From: an uncultured Gammaproteobacteria bacterium
Lineage (GTDB): Bacteria; Patescibacteriota; Microgenomatia; PFEM01; JAPLYW01
Direction: 5' to 3'
Length of the DNA stretch: 51,912 bases
Assembly: GCA_964546445.1 (NCBI GenBank)
Contig: CAZJJY010000001.1
Location: 1 to 51,912, forward strand
The position numbers and the translations under genes were made by a program. The notes below the pieces were generated by a model. It ran no database searches. It saw only the letters and a list, made by a program, of their open reading frames with translations, and was not told where the DNA came from. Of this stretch, positions 1 to 8,639 are shown one piece after another. The first letter of the stretch is position 1, and every line of letters starts with the position of its first letter.

Positions 1-4
1 AAAA

Positions 5-631
5 ATGAAAAAAGATTATTTAATTTTTGACTTTGATGGGACCATAGCGGATACTTTTGAAGCGATCTTAAAGGCTGTAAGATCGATAAGTAAAGATTAT
101 GGTATGGAGAAAATTACCGATGAAGACATTAAAAAATTTAAAGAGAAAGGGATGAGACAATTAATAAAAGATTTAAAAATTTCTTTAGTTAAAATGGCGA
201 CTATTAATAGAAGAATTAAGGCGATAATTAATAAAGATATTGCTAGTTTAAAATCTTTTCCAGGTTTAGAAGAAGCGTTCTTAGAACTTAAAAAGAGGGG
301 ATATAGTATAGGTATTTTAACTTCTAATTCCAAGGGGAATGTCGAAAAATTTCTTAAAAGTAATGACCTTGGTTTTTTTGAATTCATTTATTCTGATAGT
401 AGTTTATTTGGTAAAGATAAGGTTTTAAAGAAGCTTTTAAGGGAACACAATATCAAATCAAATAGAGTTGTTTATTTTGGCGACGAAATCAGAGATATTC
501 AGGCTGCTTTAAAATTAAATATTAAAATTGTGGCTGTTTCTTGGGGGTTTAATAGCAAAAAAGCTTTAGAAAAGTATAAACCCACTTATTTATTAGAGAA
601 GCCTTCTGAAATTCTGACTCTTTTTAGTTAA
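5..631 (+). CDS. HAD-superfamily hydrolase (phosphoglycolate phosphatase / PpaX-like)
   Basis: 208-aa ORF with HAD motif I DFDGTIADT at the N-terminus, motif II LTSNS and motif IV GDEIRD. Confidence 0.75.
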   Translation: MKKDYLIFDFDGTIADTFEAILKAVRSISKDYGMEKITDEDIKKFKEKGMRQLIKDLKISLVKMATINRRIKAIINKDIASLKSFPGLEEAFLELKKRGYSIGILTSNSKGNVEKFLKSNDLGFFEFIYSDSSLFGKDKVLKKLLREHNIKSNRVVYFGDEIRDIQAALKLNIKIVAVSWGFNSKKALEKYKPTYLLEKPSEILTLFS

Positions 632-655
632 GTTTAAATTTGCTATCATTTTTTT

Positions 656-1126
656 ATGCTCTCTAAAGAATTAATAACTTTTTTAGGCTCGATGATTCCC
701 ATTGGGGAATTGAGAACCTCTATTCCTTTGGCCTTAAGAGCAGGTTTATCACCCTTTCAGGCTTTTTTTTGGTCAGTTTTGGGTAATATGGTAGTTGGGT
801 TGGTCTTACTGCTTATTTTAACCCCTTTATCACGCTTTCTAGAAGATCATTTTTATGTATTGAACCGTTTTTTCAATTGGCTTTTCGATCGTACGAGAAG
901 AAGACATAGTCAAAAGATTGAAAATTGGGGATCCTTGGCCTTAATTGGCTTTGTTGGAATTCCACTTCCCATGACAGGAGTTTGGACAGGAGCTTTAGTT
1001 GCTTTTGTTTTTGGAATTCCTTTTAAAAAAGCCTTTCCAGCCATAATTTGTGGGGCTTTGATTGCTGGAGTAATTGTCACTTTAGTAAGTTTAGGATTAG
1101 TTAGTCTCAAAGAAACTTTGTTTTAA
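656..1126 (+). CDS. Small multidrug-export-like membrane protein (COG2426 / PF06695-like)
   Basis: 156-aa polytopic ORF. The stretch LGSMIPIGELRTSIPLAL...LGNMVVG resembles that family from memory; no HMM was run. Confidence 0.5.
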   Translation: MLSKELITFLGSMIPIGELRTSIPLALRAGLSPFQAFFWSVLGNMVVGLVLLLILTPLSRFLEDHFYVLNRFFNWLFDRTRRRHSQKIENWGSLALIGFVGIPLPMTGVWTGALVAFVFGIPFKKAFPAIICGALIAGVIVTLVSLGLVSLKETLF

Positions 1127-1129
1127 ATA

Positions 1130-1951
1130 ATGAAAACTAAAAAGGTAAAGTTAAAAAACGGTCTAAGAATAAACATTTTTGATTCTTCTTCCATAAAAAG
1201 TTATAAAAATTCAACAACAATTATTTTTATTCATGGGGGTACAGGTTCTTTATTGAATTGGAAATACCAGTTATTTTACTTTGCCAGAAAATACCGAACT
1301 GTTGCCTATGACTGGCGTGGTTGTGGCCAATCTGATGATTCTAAAAGCTATACTTTTGATGATCATTACAGTGATTTTTTAGAATTGATAAAGATTTTGA
1401 AGATATCTGAAAAGCCTATTCTAGTTGCTCATTCCTACGGATGTTTAATTGCCAGACGTTTTATTAATGAAAATGAGGTTGATAAGTTTATCAATGTTAG
1501 TTTGGGGGTTAATAATGGGCTTGGTTTTTTTCTAAGGTTTCTTTTAAGCTTGCCAAAATTTATTAAGCGTCCTCTTTATCGCTGGTTTTTAACTCCTAGA
1601 AACCCTATTTTCACTAAATATTTTATTGCTTCTAAAAAAACACCCCTTCATAAGATTAAGGAGTGTTTAGATGATAACAGATTACAATCATTGGATTTTT
1701 TTGTGGCCTTGAAGACTTTTAGAAAAAAAGAAGCTTTAGGTTGGATGGAAAGATGCCAGAATAAATTACTGATGATCAGTGGTAGGGAGGATAAGAGAAT
1801 GAAGCCTAGAATGATTAGAAAGATCAGACGTTTTATTCCTGAGGCCAGGATTGAGGTTATTCAAGATGCTGGTCACATGATTCCTATAGAGAATCCGCTA
1901 GATTTTAATAATCTTATTGAAAACTTTATAAAAATAGATAAAGAGTATTAA
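1130..1951 (+). CDS. Alpha/beta-fold hydrolase
   Basis: 273-aa ORF with oxyanion-type HGGTGS, a nucleophile elbow AHSYG (GxSxG-like) and a C-terminal DAGHM histidine motif. Confidence 0.7.
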   Translation: MKTKKVKLKNGLRINIFDSSSIKSYKNSTTIIFIHGGTGSLLNWKYQLFYFARKYRTVAYDWRGCGQSDDSKSYTFDDHYSDFLELIKILKISEKPILVAHSYGCLIARRFINENEVDKFINVSLGVNNGLGFFLRFLLSLPKFIKRPLYRWFLTPRNPIFTKYFIASKKTPLHKIKECLDDNRLQSLDFFVALKTFRKKEALGWMERCQNKLLMISGREDKRMKPRMIRKIRRFIPEARIEVIQDAGHMIPIENPLDFNNLIENFIKIDKEY

Positions 1952-2136
1952 AATATTAAAAATGATTTTTATATGGTAAAGTTTTGATATTGGTTACCCA
2001 GATAATTAAGTGTCGTATTTATTATTTTTATTACAAGGAAAGATAATTAATTTTAAACAAAATAAAGATTAAAATTTATACTCTTTTTGTTACTTTATTC
2101 CCTTAATGTTGATTTATTTTAGTAAGTTTATTTTTG

Positions 2137-2937
2137 ATGGAAAAAACTGTTAATTCAAGAAAATACAATCGCTCTTATTTTTTAAAAGACTGTGATGGCG
2201 GAGATTTTTGGCAGCAAGATTTTGGTCAGAAACTAAATCCAAGATTGCTTTATGCTTGGCGATTAGCTCAAGTAAAAAAAGGAGAAAATATTTTAGATTT
2301 TGGTTGTGGTCGGGGAGAAATATTAGTGCGATCAGCCCAGACAAAAGCTAACACATTTGGAGTCGATTATGCATCTTGGGCAATTAAGCTCTCTAAGGAG
2401 GCTTTATTGAAAAATAACCTTAGGGCAGAAGTCTTAAAGATAAAAGATCAAAGACTATCTTTTAAGGATAATTTTTTTGATGTTGTTTTTTTACTTGATG
2501 TGGTTGAACATCTTTATCCTCAAGAGCTTGAGAAAACTTTAGCTGAGGTTAAAAGAGTTTTAAGGCCACAGGGACGTTTAATTATCCATACTGGACCTAA
2601 CAAAGAATATTTAGAAGTAGGTTACAAATATTTTAGTCGTTATCTTAACTTTTTAGCATCAAAAATGATCTGGGAGCCATTTTTTAGAACAAAACTTCTT
2701 TATACTAAGAATCCTCGTAACAAGTCAGAAAAAGAGCTTCATGTTAATGAGCAAACAGTGGATGGGTTAAAGGAGGAGCTAAAGAAGGCAGATTTTAAAG
2801 ATATCAATATTTGGTTAGACTCTAATTTTAGGAAAGTAAAATTAGGCTCTTTTTTTCAGTTTATCTTTTTGCAACCTACTTGGTTGCCAAAGATAGGTAA
2901 GTATTTTGCTTCAGACATTTGGGCTATAGCTAATTGA
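2137..2937 (+). CDS. Class I SAM-dependent methyltransferase
   Basis: Motif I ILDFGCGRGE and post-I/II FDVVFLLDVVEHL. The ORF track starts at TTG 2134; the ATG at 2137 is the more likely start. Confidence 0.75.
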   Translation: MEKTVNSRKYNRSYFLKDCDGGDFWQQDFGQKLNPRLLYAWRLAQVKKGENILDFGCGRGEILVRSAQTKANTFGVDYASWAIKLSKEALLKNNLRAEVLKIKDQRLSFKDNFFDVVFLLDVVEHLYPQELEKTLAEVKRVLRPQGRLIIHTGPNKEYLEVGYKYFSRYLNFLASKMIWEPFFRTKLLYTKNPRNKSEKELHVNEQTVDGLKEELKKADFKDINIWLDSNFRKVKLGSFFQFIFLQPTWLPKIGKYFASDIWAIAN

Positions 2938-2958
2938 CAACTTTGTTATACTTAAGCT

Positions 2959-3435
2959 ATGAATAAAGGTCTCCTAATTTTTCTCATTTTTTTAATTATT
3001 ATTCTTATTGGTATTAGTGGAGGAATTTTATATTGGCTTGTTTTTAAAGGACAAACTATTGAGATTCCTCCTGTACAAAATCTAACCCCAACACCTACCC
3101 TAATTCAAAGCCTTACTCCTAGCCCTACACCAATCGTGGAGGAAAAATCTGATTTGGATCAGATTAAGGAAGCTTTTGCTGAAAAATATAATAAAGTTTT
3201 AAATGATGTCAGTGCTGAAATTTCTGAAAATAATGGAACTTATGCTAAAGGGTTGGTAAGTTTTACTGGAGAAATAGGTGGCGGTTGGTGGTTAGCTTAC
3301 AAAGATAGTACTTGGGTTATCGTGGCTGATGGTAATGGAACAGTTATGTGTAGTTTTATAGAGCCTTACGATTTTCCAATGACCATGGTTCCTGAGTGTT
3401 GGGATGAAAATACAAACATTTTAAAGACTTTTTAA
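2959..3435 (+). CDS. Hypothetical membrane-anchored protein with a Pro/Thr-rich linker
   Basis: 158-aa ORF with one N-terminal TM helix, then a TPTPTLIQSLTPSPTP linker and a small globular C-terminus. No family recognised. Confidence 0.4.
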   Translation: MNKGLLIFLIFLIIILIGISGGILYWLVFKGQTIEIPPVQNLTPTPTLIQSLTPSPTPIVEEKSDLDQIKEAFAEKYNKVLNDVSAEISENNGTYAKGLVSFTGEIGGGWWLAYKDSTWVIVADGNGTVMCSFIEPYDFPMTMVPECWDENTNILKTF

Positions 3436-4119
3436 TTTCTTCTTCCACAATAAACCTCTAAAGACAAGTCTAAAAAATTGAATTGTATCTAAAAAATTAT
3501 TAATTTGGCTTTCAGCCTCATCATGGTAAATGGTTTTAATAGGAATATTTTTTATTCTGTAATTAAGCAGGCCTGCTTTAAGGGCAATTTCAGGTTCAGT
3601 ATCAAAACGATTTGTTTCTAATTTAATATTCTTTATAGCTTTTTTATTTAAGTAGCGAAAGCCTGATTGGACATCTTCAATTTTTCTTCCGACTATTTTT
3701 GAAATAATCCAAGAAGTAGAAAGATTAGTCGCCAGTCTTGTAAAGGGCATATCTTTGGTGTTGTTAAAACGACTGCCGATAATAAGATCAGCATCGTTCT
3801 TTTTAATTTCTTTTAAAAAATAACTAATATTCTTGGCCTCATGTTGGTTATCACCATCGATGGTGATAACTCCCTTATAATTATTTTTTAAGGCATAATC
3901 AAAGCCTGTTTGGAGTGCTTTTCCTTTGCCTTGGTTCTTGTGGTAAGAGAGGATGGTAACTTTTTTCTTAAAGAAGTTTATTTTTTCTAGTGTTTTATCA
4001 GTTGAACCGTCGTTGACGATAACTAAATCTGTTTTAAAAGACAAACAGTTTTTAATAACTTTTTGGATGTTTTTTTCTTCATTGTAGGCTGGAATTAAAA
4101 TGATAATTTTTTCTTTCAT
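3421..4119 (-). CDS. Family 2 glycosyltransferase (polyprenol-phosphate sugar transferase-like)
   Basis: 232-aa ORF with IIILIPAYNEEKNI at the N-terminus and a DxD-type TIDGDNQH motif. Its 3' end overlaps the convergent ORF 2959-3435 by 15 nt. Confidence 0.8.
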   Translation of the reverse strand: MKEKIIILIPAYNEEKNIQKVIKNCLSFKTDLVIVNDGSTDKTLEKINFFKKKVTILSYHKNQGKGKALQTGFDYALKNNYKGVITIDGDNQHEAKNISYFLKEIKKNDADLIIGSRFNNTKDMPFTRLATNLSTSWIISKIVGRKIEDVQSGFRYLNKKAIKNIKLETNRFDTEPEIALKAGLLNYRIKNIPIKTIYHDEAESQINNFLDTIQFFRLVFRGLLWKKKLKSL

Positions 4120-4159
4120 TTTGTTTTAAAATATAATCTATTTTGAGAATTTTATCAAC

Positions 4160-4188
4160 TTGACAAATAATGAGAGTAGTTTTATACT
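4160..4188 (+). promoter_or_regulatory. Sigma70-like promoter for the Rrf2-nifS-iscU operon
   Basis: TTGACA (4160-4165), a 17-nt spacer, then TATACT (4183-4188). AGGAG lies at 4203-4207, 7 nt before the ATG at 4215. Confidence 0.55.
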
Positions 4189-4210
4189 ACTACCCATCCG
4201 GTAGGAGTAT
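4184..4210. promoter_or_regulatory. Imperfect inverted repeat, candidate Rrf2 operator
   Basis: ATACTACTAC-N7-GTAGGAGTAT, with 8 of 10 arm positions complementary. It overlaps the -10 hexamer and the expected transcription start. Confidence 0.4.
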
Positions 4211-4214
4211 ATTT

Positions 4215-4601
4215 ATGTTAGGTTTAACTAAAAATGTTGATTATGGCCTAGATTTAATGATTTTTCTAGGTAAAAATTTTGGAAAAGGACCTATTTCTTT
4301 GAGTAAGGTAGCTAAAGAAAAAAAGATCCCTTATAAATTTTTGGGCAAACTAGCTTTGATTTTGAAACAAGCTGGTTTAATCGAAGCCAAAGAAGGTAAA
4401 GGAGGCGGCTATTTTTTAACTGTTGATCCTTCTAAAATTTCTGTAGCTGATGTGGTTGAAGTTTTAGGTGGTCCGGTTGAAGTTGGTCATTGTTCTGGTT
4501 GTCCTCGTATGGGCGTTTGTGGTCAAAAAGATGTTTGGGCAGAGGTAGGAGATAAAGTCAGAGAAACAATAGAAGAAAAAAGTCTCAAAGATTTACTATG
4601 A
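4215..4601 (+). CDS. Rrf2-family transcriptional regulator (IscR-like)
   Basis: The sequence from MLGLTKNVDYGLDLMIFL and LSKVAKEKKIPYKFLGKLALILKQAGLIEAKEGKGGGY is a typical Rrf2 wHTH. There is a Cys cluster HCSGCPRMGVC. The track start at 4170 falls inside the predicted promoter spacer, so I use 4215. Confidence 0.8.
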   Translation: MLGLTKNVDYGLDLMIFLGKNFGKGPISLSKVAKEKKIPYKFLGKLALILKQAGLIEAKEGKGGGYFLTVDPSKISVADVVEVLGGPVEVGHCSGCPRMGVCGQKDVWAEVGDKVRETIEEKSLKDLL

Positions 4602-5764
4602 AGAAAGTTTATTTTGACCATGCCGCTACAAGTTTTATCGATAAACAAGTTTTAGAGGCAATGCTTTCTTATTTTAAAGATTTTTTTGGTAATCCTTCCG
4701 AGCTTCATTTTCTAGGTCAAGAATCTAAAAAAGCCGTTGAAGAATCAAGAAAGACAATTGCTAATTTTTTTAATTGTAAAAAAGAAGAAATTATTTTTAC
4801 TTCTGGAGCAACAGAATCAATAAACTTAGCCCACAAAGGTTTAACAGAGGCTTTAAAGAATGAAGAAAAGCCACATATTATTACTTCCTCAATTGAGCAT
4901 AAGGCTGTCTTAGATAGCTGTAAACATTTGGAGAAACTAGATTTAGCTAAGGTTACTTATCTTCCGGTTAATGAATTTGGATTAGTTAGTTTAGAAAGTC
5001 TTAAAAAAGCGGTTCTGCCTGAAACAAGATTGGTCAGTATTATGTATGTTAATAATGAGGTGGGGACAGTAGAACCGATTAAAGAGATAGGTGATTTTTT
5101 AAAGAAACTAAACAAGAAAAGAGAAAAGAAAATATTTTTCCATACTGACGCAACTCAAGCCATTGCTTACTTGGATGTTAATGTTGATCATTTAAATGTA
5201 GATTTATTATCTTTGACTGGTCATAAAATTAATGCTCCTAAGGGTGTCGGGGTTTTGTATGTCAGAAAAGGAACAAAGCTAATAAAACAACAGGATGGGG
5301 GAGGACAGGAGTTTAATTTAAGAGCCGGGACAGAGAATGTTCCTTATATTGCTGGTTTAGGCAAGGCAATATCTTTAATTAACAATAAAGATATTCAAAA
5401 GATAAAAGATTTAAGTAAAAAATTAACAGTAAAGATTTTAAAAATTAAAGAAGTTTTTTTAACTGGTCATCCTACCTTAAGATCTCCTCATATTAACTCT
5501 TTTGTTGTTAAAAATGCTGAGAGTGAATCGATGCTTCTTTTGCTTTCTGATAGAGGTGTTGCTGTTTCAGCTATGTCAGCTTGTAACTCTGATCTTCTAC
5601 AGCCTTCTCATGTCTTAAAGGCAATGAAAGTTCCTGAAAATCTCTTAAATAATTCAATAAGATTTTCTTTAGGTAAAAATAATACCTTAGAGGAGGTTAA
5701 TTATGTGGTTAAGAATTTTAAAGAAGTTGTTAATTATTTAAGGAAATTAGCCCCTAAATTATAA
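4598..5764 (+). CDS. iscS: Cysteine desulfurase, NifS/IscS type (class V aminotransferase)
   Basis: 388-aa ORF with the PLP-lysine context SLTGHKINAPKGVG and the catalytic Cys loop SAMSACNS...PSHVLKAM. ATGA overlap with the Rrf2 gene. Confidence 0.9.
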   Translation: MKKVYFDHAATSFIDKQVLEAMLSYFKDFFGNPSELHFLGQESKKAVEESRKTIANFFNCKKEEIIFTSGATESINLAHKGLTEALKNEEKPHIITSSIEHKAVLDSCKHLEKLDLAKVTYLPVNEFGLVSLESLKKAVLPETRLVSIMYVNNEVGTVEPIKEIGDFLKKLNKKREKKIFFHTDATQAIAYLDVNVDHLNVDLLSLTGHKINAPKGVGVLYVRKGTKLIKQQDGGGQEFNLRAGTENVPYIAGLGKAISLINNKDIQKIKDLSKKLTVKILKIKEVFLTGHPTLRSPHINSFVVKNAESESMLLLLSDRGVAVSAMSACNSDLLQPSHVLKAMKVPENLLNNSIRFSLGKNNTLEEVNYVVKNFKEVVNYLRKLAPKL

Positions 5765-5773
5765 GGAGATTAA

Positions 5774-6166
5774 ATGTCAGATTTTGGTAGTCTATATTCT
5801 AAAAAAGTAACCGATCATTTTCGTCACCCTCGCAATATGGGGGAAATAAGAAATCCTGATGGGGTAGGAACTTCAGGTAGTCCTATCTGCGGTGACGTTT
5901 TGCGTTTGTTTATTAAGATAGAAAAGAAAGGGAAAGAAAATTTTATCAAAGAAGCTAAATTCCAAACATTAGGTTGTGGAGCAGCTATTGCCACTTCAAG
6001 TATCTTGACGACAATGATTAAAGGAAAAAGTTTGAAAGAAGTTGAAAAAATTAATAATAAGGAAATTACCAAAACTCTAGGAGGTTTACCACCGGCCAAA
6101 CTTCATTGCTCTGTTTTAGCTTCTCAAGCTTTGGAAAAGGCAATTGAGAATTATTTAAGCAAATAA
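5774..6166 (+). CDS. iscU: Fe-S cluster assembly scaffold IscU/NifU N-terminal type
   Basis: 130-aa ORF with the three ligand cysteines in SPICGD, LGCGAAIATSS and KLHCSVLA. Confidence 0.9.
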   Translation: MSDFGSLYSKKVTDHFRHPRNMGEIRNPDGVGTSGSPICGDVLRLFIKIEKKGKENFIKEAKFQTLGCGAAIATSSILTTMIKGKSLKEVEKINNKEITKTLGGLPPAKLHCSVLASQALEKAIENYLSK

Positions 6167-6218
6167 AGCTAGTCTTCTTGTTTGCATCCCAAGATCTTGT
6201 TAATATAAAAGAAGGAAG

Positions 6219-6413
6219 GTGGTGATTCTTTTGAAACTTAAAAAGGCAAGTTGGCAAAAGTTTGCTCAGTTTTTAATGAGCTTATCTTTATTGTCTGTTT
6301 TTGCGGCCGCTTGGGGATTTTTATTCTCAGATATTTGGCTAGCTTCAACACAGTGGCTTTTAATGGCGGCTGTTTTGGGTGCTTTTGGTCTATATATTAA
6401 GATGGAAAGTTAA
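6219..6413 (+). CDS. Small two-helix membrane protein, hypothetical
   Basis: 64-aa ORF with a GTG start preceded by AAGGAAGG. It has two hydrophobic helices and its stop lies 2 nt before the tpiA ATG. Confidence 0.35.
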   Translation: MVILLKLKKASWQKFAQFLMSLSLLSVFAAAWGFLFSDIWLASTQWLLMAAVLGAFGLYIKMES

Positions 6414-6415
6414 AA

Positions 6416-7063
6416 ATGATTTTTGTTAATTTTAAAACCTACCAAAAAGGGACTGGTAAGTCGGCTCTACTTTTAGCCAAAATTTGCCTAGAAGTTGAAA
6501 AAGAGACAGGAATAAAAATAATTCCTGTCGTTCAAGTAGTAGATATAAACTTACTTAAAGATTTTAACGTTTTTACTCAGCATGTTGATGATATTTCTTT
6601 TGGCCCTAATACTGGTAAAATTCTCCCTCAAGCGATTATTGAGGCAGGAGTCAAAGGAACTTTATTAAATCATTCTGAAAGTAAAATTCCTTTCCAAGTA
6701 ATTGGTTCAACAATTCAAAAGATCAAAGCCTTAGATAATAATTTTAAAGTTTTAGTTTGTTGTGAATCTATAGATGAAGCCCAAGAGATTATTGAATTTA
6801 AACCTGATTTTTTAGCTTATGAACCACCAGAATTAATTGGTGGCGATATTTCTGTTTCTAAAGCGGAACCGGAAGTTATAAGTGATTTTACGAAGATGAT
6901 TAAAGAGGTCCCTATTTTGGTTGGGGCAGGTATAAGGACAGGGGATGATGTTAAAAAAGCCATAGAGTTAAAGGCACAGGGAATTTTGGTTTCCTCAGAT
7001 TTACTTTTAGCCGAAGATTTTAAAAAAGAATTATTAGAATTAGCTTTAGCTTTTAAAAAATGA
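6416..7063 (+). CDS. tpiA: Triosephosphate isomerase, short archaeal-type
   Basis: 215-aa ORF. VNFKTY, GTLLNHSESK, YEPPELIGG, VSKAEPEVI and GAGIRTGDDVKKAIEL match the pattern of archaeal (Pyrococcus-like) TIM rather than the ~250-aa bacterial NWKMN type. Confidence 0.85.
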   Translation: MIFVNFKTYQKGTGKSALLLAKICLEVEKETGIKIIPVVQVVDINLLKDFNVFTQHVDDISFGPNTGKILPQAIIEAGVKGTLLNHSESKIPFQVIGSTIQKIKALDNNFKVLVCCESIDEAQEIIEFKPDFLAYEPPELIGGDISVSKAEPEVISDFTKMIKEVPILVGAGIRTGDDVKKAIELKAQGILVSSDLLLAEDFKKELLELALAFKK

Positions 7064-7620
7064 CCCAAAAAATAAGATATAAAATTTGTATTTCTGGTGG
7101 AGCTAAGGGAAAGAATGCTGAAAAAGCTTATCCTTCAACTAGAAAAGTGGCACAAGAAATAGCCCAAAAAGGTAATATTTTAATCACCGGAGCAACAACC
7201 GGAGTTCCTTTCGAAGCAGCCAAGGCTAATAAAAAAGCCGGTGGTTCTAATATTGGTTTCTCTCCAGCCGGAAGCGAGATTGAACACAAAAACAAATTCC
7301 GTCTTCCTTGTGATCCTAAAATCTTTGATCATATCATTTATGCCGAATCAGGGTATACAGGGAGGAATCTTTTAATGGTTCGTAGTTCTGATGCGACAAT
7401 TATTATTGATGGGCGTATTGGAACCTTAAATGAATTTACTTCTGCTTTTGAAGAAGATAAGGTCATTGGAATTTTAGAAGGTTCGGGAGGTATTGCTGAT
7501 TATATAAGACATATTTTAGATATTGCTAAGAAAGGATATGGAAAAGTCGTTTTTTCATCTGATCCTGTAGATTTAGTAGATAAGGTTATCAAAAAAATTA
7601 AAAAAACAAAAAAGAAATAA
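7060..7620 (+). CDS. LOG/SLOG-superfamily Rossmann protein (TIGR00725-like)
   Basis: 186-aa ORF with ISGGAKG, ITGATTGVPFEAAKANKKAGGSNIGFSP and IIIDGRIGTLNEF (the LOG-type GxGT..E motif). ATGA overlap with tpiA; its stop is 2 nt before pgk. Confidence 0.5.
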   Translation: MTQKIRYKICISGGAKGKNAEKAYPSTRKVAQEIAQKGNILITGATTGVPFEAAKANKKAGGSNIGFSPAGSEIEHKNKFRLPCDPKIFDHIIYAESGYTGRNLLMVRSSDATIIIDGRIGTLNEFTSAFEEDKVIGILEGSGGIADYIRHILDIAKKGYGKVVFSSDPVDLVDKVIKKIKKTKKK

Positions 7621-7622
7621 AA

Positions 7623-8639
7623 ATGAATCTACCCCAAATCAATGAATTAAATTTATCTTCCAAAAAAGTTCTTCTCAGAGCAAATTATGATGTTCCCCTA
7701 AGAAAAAAAGAGAATAAAATAGCTGAGACGGCTCGTATTGATGAATCACTTCCAACAATAGAATATCTTTTAAAAAATAATGCAGAGGTTATTATTGTTT
7801 CTCATCTAGGTCGACCTAAGGGGGAAGTAATTCCTTCCTTGAGTTTAAAACCAGTGGCTGAATATTTAGGAGAACTTTTAGAACAAGAAGTTCCCTTAGT
7901 TACGGAAATTGATAAACTTTCTGAGCAGAATGAATCAGTAGTTTTATTAGAAAATATTCGTTTTTTCAAAGGAGAAGAGGACAATGATAAAGAATTTGCC
8001 TTGAGTCTTTCTAGACAAGCTGATTTTTTTGTTAATGAAGCTTTTGCTTCTCATCAAGCCCATGCTTCAGTAGTAGGTTTGCCTCAACTGTTGCCTTCCG
8101 CTTTTGGTTTTGGCTTCATCAAAGAAATAGAAACATTATCTGCTTTAAGAAAAGAAGCCAAACGTCCATTGGTCGTTATTTTAGGGGGGTTAAAAAAAGG
8201 TAAACTAAGTAGAGTTAAAGATTTAGCTAATTGGGCTGATTACGTTTTAATTGGAGGAAAATTAGCATCTTTTACGGATGATGATTTTCCAACTAATGTT
8301 ATAAAAGCTAAGTTGAATCCAGAAAATAAAGATATTACACTGGAATCATTAAAAGAATTTGAAAAAATTATTAAACAAAGTAAAACTATTGTTTGGGCAG
8401 GGCCAATGGGAATGTTTGAAGAAGAACAATTTAGTCGGGGGACAAAAATGTTGGCAGATATAATTGTTAAAACAAACGCTTTTACGGTTGTTGGTGGCGG
8501 TGATACCCAAGCAGCTTTGAGTAAGTTTGGTCAGGATAAAAAAATTGATTTTATTTCTTCCGGTGGAGGAGCAATGCTAAGGTTCTTGGCTGAAAATTCC
8601 CTACCGGCAATTGAAGCATTAAAAAAAGAAAATGATTAA
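7623..8639 (+). CDS. pgk: Phosphoglycerate kinase (short form, 338 aa)
   Basis: RANYDVPL, VSHLGRPKG, VVGGGDTQAA and SSGGGAMLRFL are all present. Confidence 0.9.
   Translation: MNLPQINELNLSSKKVLLRANYDVPLRKKENKIAETARIDESLPTIEYLLKNNAEVIIVSHLGRPKGEVIPSLSLKPVAEYLGELLEQEVPLVTEIDKLSEQNESVVLLENIRFFKGEEDNDKEFALSLSRQADFFVNEAFASHQAHASVVGLPQLLPSAFGFGFIKEIETLSALRKEAKRPLVVILGGLKKGKLSRVKDLANWADYVLIGGKLASFTDDDFPTNVIKAKLNPENKDITLESLKEFEKIIKQSKTIVWAGPMGMFEEEQFSRGTKMLADIIVKTNAFTVVGGGDTQAALSKFGQDKKIDFISSGGGAMLRFLAENSLPAIEALKKEND

Noticed and set aside
4170-4214. N-terminal extensions in the ORF track: 4170 for the Rrf2 gene, 10246 for fba, 45525 for trxA and 2134 for the methyltransferase.
   Set aside because: The extensions fall in promoter or spacer sequence, or deep inside the upstream gene. 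They add non-homologous residues. Internal ATGs with SD-like sequences give family-typical N-termini.
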